Origin: Podarcis vaucheri
Taxonomy: Eukaryota
DNA: 64,000 nucleotides
Assembly (NCBI GenBank): GCA_965113315.1
Contig: OZ220365.1
Strand: one strand, 5' to 3'
In this document: positions 39,040 through 51,140 of the stretch, piece by piece
Layout of the letters: every line of letters begins with the position of its first letter
Position numbering within the stretch: the stretch's first letter is position 1
The notes under the pieces: generated by a model
What the model saw: only the letters and a program-made list of their open reading frames with translations
Told to the model about the DNA's origin: nothing
The model's database searches: none
Made by a program: the position numbers and the translations under genes

Positions 39040-39950
39040 ACAAAGTTCTGGCTAAAGAGGAACACTTTCGCCTGGCTCCTGAATGTGTAAAATGAAGGCG
39101 CCGGCCAAACCTCCCTGGGGAGAGCATTCCACAAGCAGGGAGCCACAGCAAAAAAGGCTCATCTCATGTTGCTACCCTCCAAACCTCTTGTGGAGGAAGC
39201 ACACAAGAAGGGCCTCAGAGGATAATTTCAGGGTGTGAGTAGGTTCATATGGAGAGAGCTGGGCCTTGAGGTATCCTTGAGCCATTTTAGACTTTATGTC
39301 AAAACCAGCACTTTGAATTGGGCCCAGCAACTAATTAGTATCAAATGCAGTCAGAGCAGGATTGGTGTAATATACTCAAACAGTCTTGCCCCGGTGAGCA
39401 ACCTGGCCCCTGAATTCCTCACTAGATGAATTTATCGAAGTGCCTACAGAGGCCTATATAATGCAATAATCTAACCTAGAGGTTACCAAAGCATATATGA
39501 CATAAGTTAGGCTGTCCCTATCAGTGCTTTTTTCCTAGTAAAATAGGTGCCGGTACTCAACATGAAGTTGTTACTGTAAGTGCCACACTTTATAACAACA
39601 ACAAAAGAGGTGCTGATGCTGCATACCCTTGAGTACCCCTGAAAAAAACACTGGTCCCTGTCCAAATAAGGGTGCAGCTGGGCCACCACCCAAAAGTGAT
39701 GGAAGGCACTCTGTGCCACTGAGGCCACCTGAGCTTGAAGTAACAGCAAAGGATCCAGGAGTACCCCCAAGCTATGTATTCACTCATTCAGAGTGTAGCC
39801 CCATCAAAGTTATTTACACAAAGACTTTTCTGCCCCAGTGTTGCTTCCTTCAACCCCTGCCACCTCCAGAATATTTTCAGAAGTTTGGTAGACCCTCCCA
39901 AATGTTGTAGACTGTAGCATGCGAAACTGTAATTGGGTGTCGGGGAATTG
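39040..39950 (-). mobile_element. Old L2 LINE ORF2 fragment, interrupted by a MITE
   Basis: Minus-strand GVLLDPLLLLQAQVASVAQSAFHHFWVVAQLHPYLDRD and ...SRLDYC remnant, with frameshifts; boundaries approximate. Confidence 0.75.
39522..39653. mobile_element. hAT MITE (132 bp) nested in L2
   Basis: TIR CAGTGCTTTTTT / AAAAAAACACTG; 8-bp TSD gtccctat / gtccctgt; related shorter copy at 57364-57428. Confidence 0.82.
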
Positions 39951-40029
39951 CCAAACTTGGTGGAGGTTATTTGAACAAGTGGAGCTCAGCTCATGCAAGA
40001 GGACTTCCTTTTCTACCCCCCCTCCCAAT

Positions 40030-40160
40030 CCTCCATTTTATCCTCATAACAACTATGTGAAATAGATTAGAGTGAGAGACAGTAATTGGCCCAAAGGTAC
40101 TCCCCCACCCTGAGTGAGGTTCAAAGCTGAGTAGAGATTTGAATCTGGATTTCTCCAGCC
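40030..40160 (-). mobile_element. MIR/CORE-like SINE fragment
   Basis: ttttatcctcataacaactatgtga...ggcccaaagg...agatttgaatctgga, the usual reverse-complement MIR-like pattern; similar remnant ~40655-40838. Confidence 0.55.
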
Positions 40161-42701
40161 CTTATTTTATTCATATTCAAAATGTTGGAGATAAAAGACT
40201 TTTCTGATTCCTTCAGACAACTGTAGTAGTTATTGTCACTGCTGTTTTTCATGGATGCAATACCATAAATAAACCTGTGCAGTTTAGTACATAATGGAAA
40301 TTAAAAAAACTCTACTGTGTTTCATAGTGTGTGTTTGGAAATCCGCTTCAGCTTCAACGTAGCTAAGACTGCAATCTTATGCATAGTTACAAGTGAGTAA
40401 ATACCACTGAACAGTCAGTAAACATACAAAGGATTGCTCTGATAGTATGTTTAGAATTGTAGTGTAAACATTGGAAACAATTATGAATGAATAGCTTTAG
40501 TAAAAAGAACCTGGGGAAAGAAAATAGATGTATCTTTTTTAAAGAATAAGAATAATAAAGTTGATCATTAAAGGATGTATACTATTGAAAGCCGGATTCT
40601 AAGTCATCATGCATATGGAACACATGCTTATTCTTTGTTTGAACTTTTTAACACTTCCATCTTCAAAGGACCTCAGGGCAGTATACAAAGGTTTTCTCCC
40701 AATTTTCTTTCTACAAGGAACCCGTGGCGGGGGGGGGGGCAGGGAGGGAGTTAGGCTGTCAGAGACTGTGGCTAGCCCAATGTTCAGGGATTGGAACCCA
40801 GGTTTTCAAAGGTTCACACTATTCACTACATCACAATAGCTCTGGTTTATGGTTGCCACCTCAACATCAGAAGACCTGTTATCCTAGCAAAGCATTAAAA
40901 CTGTGCCAGAACACATGTTTAAGAACAGGATGTTACATTGTTAGAGCACTGCATTAATAAAAACATAAAATCAAAGTTAGGACTAAACTTTACAGAGCAT
41001 GTTAGCTGAAACAGTTTGACAAAGACAATGGATCTACTATAGGTGTACTTCAGTTAACTTGAAGCTAACCTCTGTTATAATGATTGACATAAATGTGATC
41101 TAACAGCTGGTTTCTGAACTTTTATTTTGTAGACCTTCAAATGTCTTCGCATAAATTTTCATTCTTTGCTTCTTCCAGTTTGTAACAGTGATCAGCGCAT
41201 CTCTGCTTGCATAGCTGACTACTGTTTTCAGCAGTTATATTTCTTTGCAGAATCAGTATTCCTGTTCTAGGTATAACAAAGGTATCTGTTAATACCATAC
41301 TTTTTAAAAAAATGGCTGGCATAATTCAGAACTCTATTTATATGCTGAAGGACAGAATAGAGGCCTCTGCTCACAAACAGGATCCAAGGGCCTGGTGTAC
41401 ATGTTGTTAATCAGAAGGATTATTGTTCATGTCTAATGTTGGTTCATTCAGTTCCCTTCTGGATTTCAGATTCCTGATATGTTATGCGTTCCCATGATTT
41501 CATTCTCTTTGAGAGAGACAGAATGAACATCTTAGATCTGTATTGCCTTTGTCAGAGATGGAATCCATCTGCAATAGCTCTTTCTTCTTGGATAAGCTAA
41601 TACATTTAAAAAGCCATAACATCAGTAATTGTATTCTGTCTTCAAAAGCAGCCAGTATTCAGTTCTTCAGAGGAAATTGCAAGTCCAAAATTAAAGATTG
41701 CAAGTCAAAAATTATTATGTTCCTTGTTCTTCTCTGTGTCTGACATTTTTAGGCCTTGAGACACTCTGAGAAAGATGTTTGTATTTTGGCCATATTAAGA
41801 ACATAAGAAGAGCCCCGTTGACTGCCCTGTCTAACATTTTTAAATCAATCTTTCAAAAATTTAATATCTCCAGAATTTAATATCACCCTTTGCTCATTTC
41901 TTCTCTAATGTTTACTTTTGCTACTTCTGGTTGTGCCAGTGATAGTCTGCAGATGTATCATCTGTTTGTATTTTTATACTTTTCCCCTTTGTAGATCAAA
42001 CAAAAGTGTTAAAGGTTGGCTGCTAGCACTTTCAACAGTCCTTGACACTGGACATCTACTATTCAAAAGTCTGTAGAGGAAAAAGAAAGCATATACTAGG
42101 AATATACAGTATTTTACATGCAGCCTGGTAAAATTACATTTACAGTCAAGCATATCTGAAGGTTGCCATGCATCATGCAATCTTGCCAAGAAAGCGAAAG
42201 AAAAAGACTGTCTAGCATTCAAATTTTGCATATGTTTATGAACTGCTGTGTCTCCTCTATCATTTCCCATCATCTGCTAGGGAACATTTTTAGGAAAAGA
42301 TTCAAATATTTACTTTTATTTCATAATTAAAAGATTGACATGAAAAGGGAAAGTGATAACTAGGCCTCAAGCTGCAATTTTATTTTTGTCCCATAATGCT
42401 TACAGGGCATAATAACGAATATGGATAGTTTGTCTTTTGGAAAGAGGAAATCCTGATAGCTATTATGCTGCCATTATTACTGAAAAGTAAAATCGTTTTT
42501 TTGACTTAGCACATGTAGCAGTGGGGTGAGTTGATGAGGAAAACTACTGTTTTGAGAAAATCAGCAAAGATCCCACAATAGGAGTTGATGTTAAGTAATA
42601 TTCCCGTAACTGTTGTGTCTCATAAGGATTGCAGCTATATGATTCCAAAGTTAGCTCAGTGGACTTTGTTGTTCATAGGAGCATTCTAAATCTTATTTCA
42701 G

Positions 42702-42755
42702 ATTTTGACTCTGACGAAGAACTTGGGCCAGTCTGTCATCACACTCCGTTTCTAG
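42702..42755 (+). CDS. SIPA1L2: SIPA1L2 54-nt symmetric (phase 1-1) exon, probable cassette
   Basis: tttcag|AT...G|gtgatg; (D)FDSDEELGPVCHHTPFL, similar to the mammalian GLDSDEELGLLCHHTSYL segment as I recall it. Confidence 0.88.
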   Translation: MLTLTKNLGQSVITLRF

Positions 42756-43656
42756 GTGATGGTCTGGGGTTGGCTGCTGAATCTTATAAAAAAAACCCTA
42801 TCTTTATGCTTTTATATGTTTGCACGGTTGCATGATTATATGCAAGCATTGGGGCTTTGCGAGATGTGAGGGGAAGGCATGTTATGGTCAGGGCCAGCAG
42901 AAGTCTGTGGACCAGAGAAATCTGAGTACAGTCTATATATAAATGAATGATCTCTGTTGTTGCAGCATAAACCGTTTGCATGGGGGGGAAACCTCAAAGC
43001 GTGATTTACTCACGTTCTATACCAGTTTGTGTGTGGCATACTCATTTTCTTTTAGAACTGGGTATATTTTTGTATGCCATACTGCATGTCCTTCAGTAAA
43101 GAAACTCGGTTCCCAAACAAGGCAAGCATGTATTCTGCAAGTCCTAGGGTAAAGATTTTATTCCAGAATCCTAAAAGGAAGCAGCAGACATTATATATGT
43201 GGAAGATTGGTAAATGTATGGCAATAGTCATAATGGTAGCATTTGCATATTATTCTGTTCAGGTAGAATAACTGTGCATTCCATACTGCATTCCATAACT
43301 TTTTATGGAATTATGTATCTTCCTCTGTCCCATTAAGTGCCTGCATTTGCTATTACAGTAGTTTGCTTGAAACTGGTCTTGGTCTCAGATTTTCTGTACA
43401 TTTCTGTTGCAATAAGTTAGTGAAAACAAATCTGTCTTGTTTTGTTGATATATGCAAAGCTGAGGCTATAGTGGTCTTGCTATCAGATGCTTTATGTTGG
43501 AAATTCAGTGGGAATTGGGGGGCGGATTCCCTGTAATATATACACTTGTTTCTTGTCTGTAGCTGAATTGGATAAAAGAACACCGGTTGTTTAAGCTGAC
43601 AGTATTTTTATACAGTCATTTCATTTTAGATGTTTATTTATTTATTTCCCTTCCAG

Positions 43657-43774
43657 ATCAAAGGGTTGCATCTTTTTGCACCTTGAATGACATGCAGCAT
43701 GTGCAAAGCTTGGAGAGTAATCAAGCCTTGGGCGCAAGTCCAACAAATGGAAAGGACTTCATTGACACTACAGG
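43657..43774 (+). CDS. SIPA1L2: SIPA1L2 exon (118 nt)
   Basis: ttccag|AT...GG|gtatgt; (D)QRVASFCTLNDMQHVQSLESNQALGASPTNGKDFIDTT(G). Confidence 0.93.
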
Positions 43775-44703
43775 GTATGTAAACCTTGCCTCTTTTCTTT
43801 GAGGGGAAACATGATTGAACAAATTCCTGAAAACATTCCTCCTGGAATGAATAGAGAGTCAGAATGATAGATAGGGTTATATACAGGGGGTGGGGGTATT
43901 TGGCTTGGAACATCTTCAAGGACTTGGATAGGGGATTGTCTTACCTCAGTACTTGAGATAGATATTGTGCTTCAGCTCAGAGGTTGAGTCTCACCTCACT
44001 TCAGATTCTGAAGTCATAGGCTCCCCATCGGCTAAAATGAAAAAACAAAAAGAGGTGGGGAAAATACTTGAGGAAGGCTGAGAAGAAGTTGCTAGCCTAG
44101 AAAGCAGAAAGGAGAGAGAAGGAAACGTGTATCTAAAAGGCCTGTTCTCTGCCTGCCAGGCAAAAGTGAGAAGTCTTTAACCTCAGCTCACATCTCACAG
44201 GGAAAGGGGGGGGGAGAATCCCTTTTGCAGGTTGAGCCTTCCTTAAGAGGTTCTTTCCCCACTCCTCCTGGGAGGTGCGACTTCACGTAGCAATGCAATT
44301 TAAAAAATCAGGTCGTCTTTCTTTTGCGGCACACAACTTTCCATAGTGAACAGGCAGCTGCTATGAAAGCAAGCAGACCTATTTCTCCCCCGCACCCTGC
44401 TGCTTTCTTTAGCTTTGTGTGCCTATTCCCAAGAAAGAAACTGAGCAGGATTTAACTTCTGCCTGTCAGCTGTTAAGCAGAGTAGAATTCTGCTGCTTTG
44501 GCTGCAGTCACCTGTTTCGTGCTGGGGACAAGCACCTGCAACATTGCAGAATTGAGTCCTAGCCATCAGTTGATGTCATAAATGACACCAGCTGCTTGAC
44601 AGGTCGGCATGGTTTGGGAGAAATGGCTTTGTGGGCTGGAGGTTCCCCATCCTTGCACTAACATCTCCTGGTAAGGAGCACAGGACTGAGAGAACAGACG
44701 TAC

Positions 44704-44727
44704 GTGTGTGTGTGTGTGTGTGTGTGT
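44704..44727. repeat. (GT)n microsatellite
   Basis: About 12 GT units. Confidence 0.9.
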
Positions 44728-45499
44728 AGATAGATATGCTGTATGACTTCCCCAGCCTTTGTGTTTCTTGAGTCCTTACCAGTTGGACTGGGAGCTGTGG
44801 TTGTTGGCAGGATAGTTGGGAAGTGGTTGGCTGGATAGTTGTTTTCTGCTACTGTGTTTATTGCTACTAAGAGTTGTGTGGGAGGACCTGGCTAGTCTAA
44901 GGATTTTATAAAATAGCTGTTGCTGTCACTTTGGGGTTGGTGAAAAGGAGCCACCCTATTTGATTTTTGGTGCGTGTGTTTCAGTCTCTGCAAAAATTAA
45001 TGGTATGGTGGTGCTGAGTTATTATTGTTTGTATTGCCTTTTTGCCTATACTTGTATGTTAGTGATCCCAGGACTGGTCAGGGGGTGAGACTCACCCAGT
45101 CCTGTGTGTTTGGTACCCATGAGTGAGAGGCGGGGGGAATTTGATTGTTTCCCAGGTAAGAACAGTGTGGTTGCTTAAGCAAATTAATTAGCATCTGTCT
45201 AATTATTATTGCTGGTGTTAAGATTCTTGTGATAGCCTAGGGTGGTTGTGTATTGTGGCAGGAGGTGCTTAAAGATGTATGTGGGAAGGAAATCGGATGA
45301 AGAGGGTTGGGGGAGATTGGGGAGAGTAGAAGGCATGGCTCGAGAGGAGACGGTTCAAGGGGGTTCACATATGATTGCTTAATGTCTTCCACTTGGCTCC
45401 ACTCCAATAGCCTAGTGTTGTTGTTGTTAAACTCCATGTATATATAAATTAAATTTAATAATAATAATACAACTTTTGCTGTCTCTATAAAAAAAACCC

Positions 45500-46210
45500 A
45501 GTTGTGTAGTTTGGAGGTGCTCCTGGATCTAACTTTGTCACTTGAGGCTCAGGTACCTTTAGTGGATAGGAGTTCCTTTTACCACATTTGGCTAGTGCAC
45601 CAGCTGCAGCCATTTTGGACAGAGATAGCCTGGATACAAAGATTCATTCATTGGTAACCTCAAGTGTTTCAGTGGTTGCAATGCACTCTGCACTAGGCTG
45701 CCCTTGTGCCTGGTTCAGAAGCTCCAGCTAATTCAAATTTCTGTGGCTAAACTGTTGGTAGGTACAGACTACTACCAGCACATAACTTCAGTTCTGAAAA
45801 CCTTGCACTGGCTCCCCACATATTACAAGTTTCTTGTATTAATTTACAAGGCCCTTAACAACCTGGGTCTAGAATATATTAAGGACTGTCTGATCTCCTA
45901 TATCCCAGTCCAATCAGTGATCTTAGGGAGAGTCCCTGTTGGCAGTCACCCATGGCTCAGATGCATGGCTTATAACTACTAGAAGCCATGTGTTCAGTGT
46001 AGTGGGCCCAAACCTCTGGAAATCTCTTCCACCTAAGATTAGACAGGCACCTTCATTTGCTGAACGTCAGGTGCATGCCTAAGACTTCCTTGTTCCAGCA
46101 TGCATTTTGAGGTAGTGCTCAGTTTTATGATGCATTTTTCTTATCCCATTTTTTGTGGATTGCTTTTATGTACACCTCATAAGAAATGCTTTAATAAATA
46201 AAAATTAAAA
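45500..46210 (+). mobile_element. Old L2 LINE 3' fragment
   Basis: ORF remnant VQKLQLIQISVAKLLVG...HITSVLKTLHWLP..KFLVLIYKALNNLG homologous to the 19-kb L2 ORF; ends in an aataaataaaa tail. Confidence 0.8.
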
Positions 46211-48222
46211 CAGGCATTAAGAACCCCTCATAAAATGTAGACACAACCCTCCAATTCCAGTGCACTTGAGGAGGAGACGATTGTAATTCTTGGCCTGTTA
46301 CCTGCTTCTATAACAGAATGTATTTTGTATGAATAATTTGTACAGATCCATGTAGGAACAGAGGCAGGATGTATCTTGTGGGTTGTAATGGGAGAGTCTA
46401 AAACTGGCAGGGATCATCGGGTGGGGCAGGGATGGGGAACATGACTTTAGATTCTGTCAGTGCCAGTGAGCATGGCTAATGGTTAGGGATGATGGGAGTT
46501 CCAACCCAAAAAGTTTTGAAGGACCACACATTCCCCCATCTCTGAGGCAGGGCTCATGGATTTTATTAAGCCCCCCTCTAATTATTTGAGCACTGCCTTA
46601 AATTACATTTCAACTTTGCAGTTCAATTGTGCAACATTTTACTACTAAAAACTCTAGGCATTTAGTGGAATAGAGCATAAAATAATCACTTGACACAAAG
46701 ATTAAGGTTTATGAGGGACTTCTTTACATTTCTGAAGTTTCAGATTTCTGGTAGGGGCAAGAGGGAAGTTAATGGGAGCAATGGTGGAGAGGTTCACTGC
46801 CCAGTTGTATTCAACCTTAGTGCAGCTTAGGCATTTTAATAGTAAATGACAAGACAAACAATGTAACCCCACAATCCAGTTGCCCTAGAGGAATAAAAAT
46901 CCAAAGGGAGCTTGCATGCAATGGTAATTTGGCTCATTATATCACTGTTCAGTGATCCTCCCTGCCTCGTGAGTTGCCACAACAAGTGTATTTTTCTGAC
47001 TGCTGCATTAAGATTATAAGAAAGATTGCCAAAGATTTGCTGCAACAGAATTCATAGAATCTATATTTTAAATTTATCATATTGTTCATTTGAAGTCTGT
47101 TAAAATTTTAATCAGCTCTCATACCTTTCTCAATATCTGCCAGCTTTTTAAAAAGACCAGGAGCTGCCTCCGATATCCTGGAGTGTTCTGGCTGCCACCA
47201 AAACAAACAACACACACACACCTTACTGCAGGGGAAGCCATTTATATGAAGCAGCTATTTTATTTTAATAGTTGTTTATCTGTCATTTAAAATACAATAC
47301 TTTATCCCCATGGTGGCATCATAATTTTTTTTAAAGATTCAAATCTTATCAGATATAAACAGCACAGCCCTAGTTCTAATAATAGCACTAAAAACATTTC
47401 AGATCAATATATCTCAACATCCATAGCAATATAAAACTCTCTCCAGAATGCAGCAGTGACTTGGCCAGAGGGAGATCAGGTAAGAGGTGCAGCCCTACTG
47501 TGCCATCCACTACTAAGATAAGAATTGTATTTACTAAAGTTTTGAAGTGTCTGTTTAGATTTTCAGCTTCAACATGTGGAAAGAGGCATTGAAACAAAGT
47601 CTTTCTCTTAAATAAGATGTCACTTTTCTTGATATCTTTTCTTTATTTTATTTTTTTAGTTAGTGTTGTAATACAACTTGACATATTTGCATAATAATTC
47701 AATGAGAACCAGTGTGCTAGAATCTCATTTTCCTTCCTTTAGAAGCAAGAAAATTCATGATGACAGTTGTTTTCTGAACCGTTTTAGGAGAATTTTTTCA
47801 ACCTGTAGCATTACCTGCTTTAGTTGATTTTGTCAAGAACAATGAACAGTTTTGTTTTGCCTCCTGTTTTACTTGCAGATATAGTCTTGTATTTCATCTG
47901 ACTGCGCTTTTTCTATTAATGTGTCGGGCTTCTGTGGGCAGGGATACAAAAACAGCCACAGTCACTGGGATGTTCAGATCATGACTTTCATTAGGGTTTA
48001 AGTATTACAGTACACTCTAATAGTTAACTCCAAGAGTGTTAGAGATACATCTCCCTGGTCATTTAGGCAGCCTCCTTAGGGTTTTAGACATTCCCCAATA
48101 TTTGTGGATCCACTCAAAAGCACTTTGGTATCTAGTTAATATCACACAGTTCCTTGTGTGGCAGCTTTACCTCTCTCTTTCCTGCATGCAAAGGGGGGGG
48201 GCTATTAATCTTTCCTTCCAGG

Positions 48223-48413
48223 CAGTGGTGTAGCGTGGGGGGTGCAGGGGGGGCCGGCCGCACCGGGCGCAACATCTGGGGGTTAGGGTTAGGGGGCGCA
48301 AATCCACAGGTTAGGGGGCGCAAATCCACAGGTTAGGGGGCGCAAATCCATGGGTTAGGGGGCGCAAATTACTTGTCTTGCCCCGGGTGCTGACAACCCA
48401 CGCTACGCCACTG
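48223..48413. mobile_element. hAT MITE (191 bp), same family as 21499-21929
   Basis: TIR CAGTGGTGTAGCGTGGG / CCCACGCTACGCCACTG; perfect 8-bp TSD CTTCCAGG at 48215-22 and 48414-21. Confidence 0.92.
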
Positions 48414-49261
48414 CTTCCAGGACTGACCCACCTCCCTGGGGGCTGAGGCAAAGGAGTCCACGGAGTGAGGGTCTGTGTCAGTGCTCAAGCATTTCAAGGA
48501 CTTGGCAGGGCAGTTCACTAGGCCCCCAAGTTCCTCTACCCGCCTTCCACTCACCTAACCAGCCATGGGTATAGTAAAGCATAGCCTGCATCCTTATGCT
48601 TCTCCCCATTTGTCAGCTAATCACTCCATTCTCCAAGCATTTTTCTCCCGGCTTGCCTGTTGCTCAGCCAAGACTCCTCCTACCAGCCTCCTTCCTTTCA
48701 CCTGAGCTATGAGGAGTTCTGAAACCCCAAGGCCAACAGATATGTCTTCTCCCAACAGGAGGAGAAGCTTGTCTGTCTTGCCTGCTGGCAAGCCTTGTTG
48801 ACTGGGGCCCTAATTCTGCCTCTGAGCAGGTGGGAAACACAGGGTGCAGTTGATCCTTCACATAATGCATATAGATTTAATATTACTTAATTATTATGAT
48901 AGTGTATTCATGAGGACTTAATGACTATGCATTTCTAATGATAGATCATAATTACGACCAGGTTAGAGCAATGGCCTGTATTGTTGTTAGTGTTCCTTGT
49001 GACAAGCATTTTGCACTCATCACAATGCCTAGCAGTAAGATTTACTTGCTCCTTGAGAATGATACCATAATCATATCTGTTGGTGTTTGATGTCAATTTG
49101 TGTCAATCTTGAGTGGGCTTGAACCTGAACAAGCTTTTATATGTGCTTTATGCACTAATTGCAACCGTTATTCATTGTCATCTGCACAGGGAACTATTTT
49201 ACTTGGGAGTGGGTAGGACATCTTGAAATAATTCAAAACTAAGTGCAATTTAATTTTGTAG

Positions 49262-49343
49262 GGAGGATAGCCCTACTACATTGACTGGAAAAGTAAACCA
49301 GCTGGAAGTGATCCTCCGACAGTTGCAAACCGATCTTCGGAAG
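49262..49343 (+). CDS. SIPA1L2: SIPA1L2 penultimate exon (82 nt), start of coiled coil
   Basis: ttgtag|G GAG...AAG|gtaaaa; EDSPTTLTGKVNQLEVILRQLQTDLRK. Confidence 0.95.
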
Positions 49344-50842
49344 GTAAAAATGTTTAGCAGAATAAAACGTCATTGGGTTTATCTAACAGTGTGTAAACAG
49401 CTCACACAGTGGGACTTCTCCTTTCTCTCCTTCCCCTGTGACCCCCCCCCCCAAATCTTCTCTGCGTGTCCTCTAACCCTCTGGGCCAAATTTTGAGAAA
49501 AGGCCTTAAAAATGTTTTTGAGCAATCTAGCCCCAAACCCAAATCAAGAATCCCAGCAGCTGCAGTTAATAAGAAGAATAGGAATAAGAATTTTACTATT
49601 TATACCCTGCCCATCTGACTGGGTTTCCCCAGCTACTCTGGGCTGCTTACAGCATATCTTAAAACATAATGAAAACATCAAGCATTAAAAACCTCCCTAT
49701 ATTTAGCCTTTAAAAATGTAGAAAGTCCAATTAGTCTCCTGGCTAATCTAGTTGCTTCCTCAGGAATAGATTCAGTATTTCTGGCATAATAAGCTTGGGT
49801 AGCACTTCCCTGTTCTCTAGTTCAGATTCCTTATAACCTGGATGATAAATTATACTAAGAGATAAGCTAATATTTGGCCTATGTTTAACATGGTATAGTA
49901 AGTAATACAGGCTGCATTTTCCGATCTACAAATTTGTGGGCCCTTCCCCCCCCCCTTTTTTTTAGTTCACAGCTATTTTCTGTAATAAAAATAGTTGTGT
50001 CAAGTTTGTTTAAACCATAGGTTTTAATAATGAAAATAATTCTACTTTTTTCCAACTGTATACTCAGAAATAGGAATTTTCCTTTGCATATCCTTTGACT
50101 GTATCACCATTTTTCTTCACGAATACTTCTATTATGATAACAGAATTAAGCGGGAAATGCTTCAGCATGCGTAAGGTCTGAAGGCACTGATGTACTTGTT
50201 TACCACACAAATGACAAATTAGATTGCTTTCAAATATTACAGGAGGGTCAATACTACTTTGACTTCTTTGCAGTTGCCTTCTTACATAAGACTTGCTTTC
50301 AAAAATATATTTTTTGTAAACATCTGCAAGGAATTATTTCATAACCTCTAAAGAAATAGCATATGGCTGCTTTTGCAGAAGTTCTCTGAAAGGAAGCACT
50401 TATTGTTATGTTTAGAAAACTTTTTAAATTGAGCAACCTATCCTCAAATCTAAGGTTCACATTACATGTGGCAGCAGTATAGCCCCTTGATTAAAGCTGG
50501 ATCTCACCCCCTCTTACACAAGGGAGTAAAAGAGGATCTGGGTGTCTGGGATTGGGGGTTTCCTGAAAAAGAAGTGGTCCATGGATGGGGGTGCTACCTC
50601 ACCACTTACATCTGGTAGCCATCCGCCTGAAAAGCACGTGAGGAGACACTATGGGGCTTTAAGCTAGAAAAGGGTTTAGTTTTGTGTGCTCTTTGTAGTC
50701 TAAAAATCATACCCCCACAAACATTTCATTCAAGCCCAGGTCTGACACAGCTGTGAACTGGTCGATTTCATCTAGCTTTAGCACAAGAGCAATTTTTGCT
50801 TCAGGGTTTCCAAACAGCTACTTCGTCTTGACTATGGTTGTT

Positions 50843-51003
50843 AGGTCATATCTACATCATACATTTCAAATGCATGGCTTTCCCCAAAAAATCCTGGGAA
50901 CTGTAGTTTAAGGGAGCGGAATCATATAGCTTTGTGAGGAGTAAATTACAGTTCCCACATTTTTTTGGGGGGGGCGATATGTTTTAAATGTATAGATGTG
51001 ACT
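50843..51003. mobile_element. Degraded palindromic MITE-like element
   Basis: Inverted ends gtcatatctacat / tatagatgtgac and internal inverted pair tgggaactgtagttta / taaattacagttccca. Confidence 0.5.
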
Positions 51004-51014
51004 TTAATAGCCTC

Positions 51015-51140
51015 TCATAGAATTGTAGAGTTGGAAGGGACCCTGGGGGTCATCCAGTCCAACCCCCTGAAATGCAGGAATCTCAACTAAAGCAACCATG
51101 ACAGATGGCCATCCAACCTCTGCTTAAAACCCTCCAATGA
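51015..51140 (-). mobile_element. CR1 LINE 3' end
   Basis: catagaattgtagagttggaagggacc...catccagtccaaccccctg is the reverse complement of the CR1 terminus seen at 17.0 kb. Confidence 0.8.

Noticed and set aside
44740-45480. GT-rich block resembling an LTR
   Set aside because: I could not find convincing TG...CA termini with a TSD; the same holds for ~11750-12120 and ~37320-37640.
48287-48370. Short direct-repeat array as a CRISPR-like locus
   Set aside because: Head-to-tail units without unique spacers, eukaryotic intron context, no cas genes.
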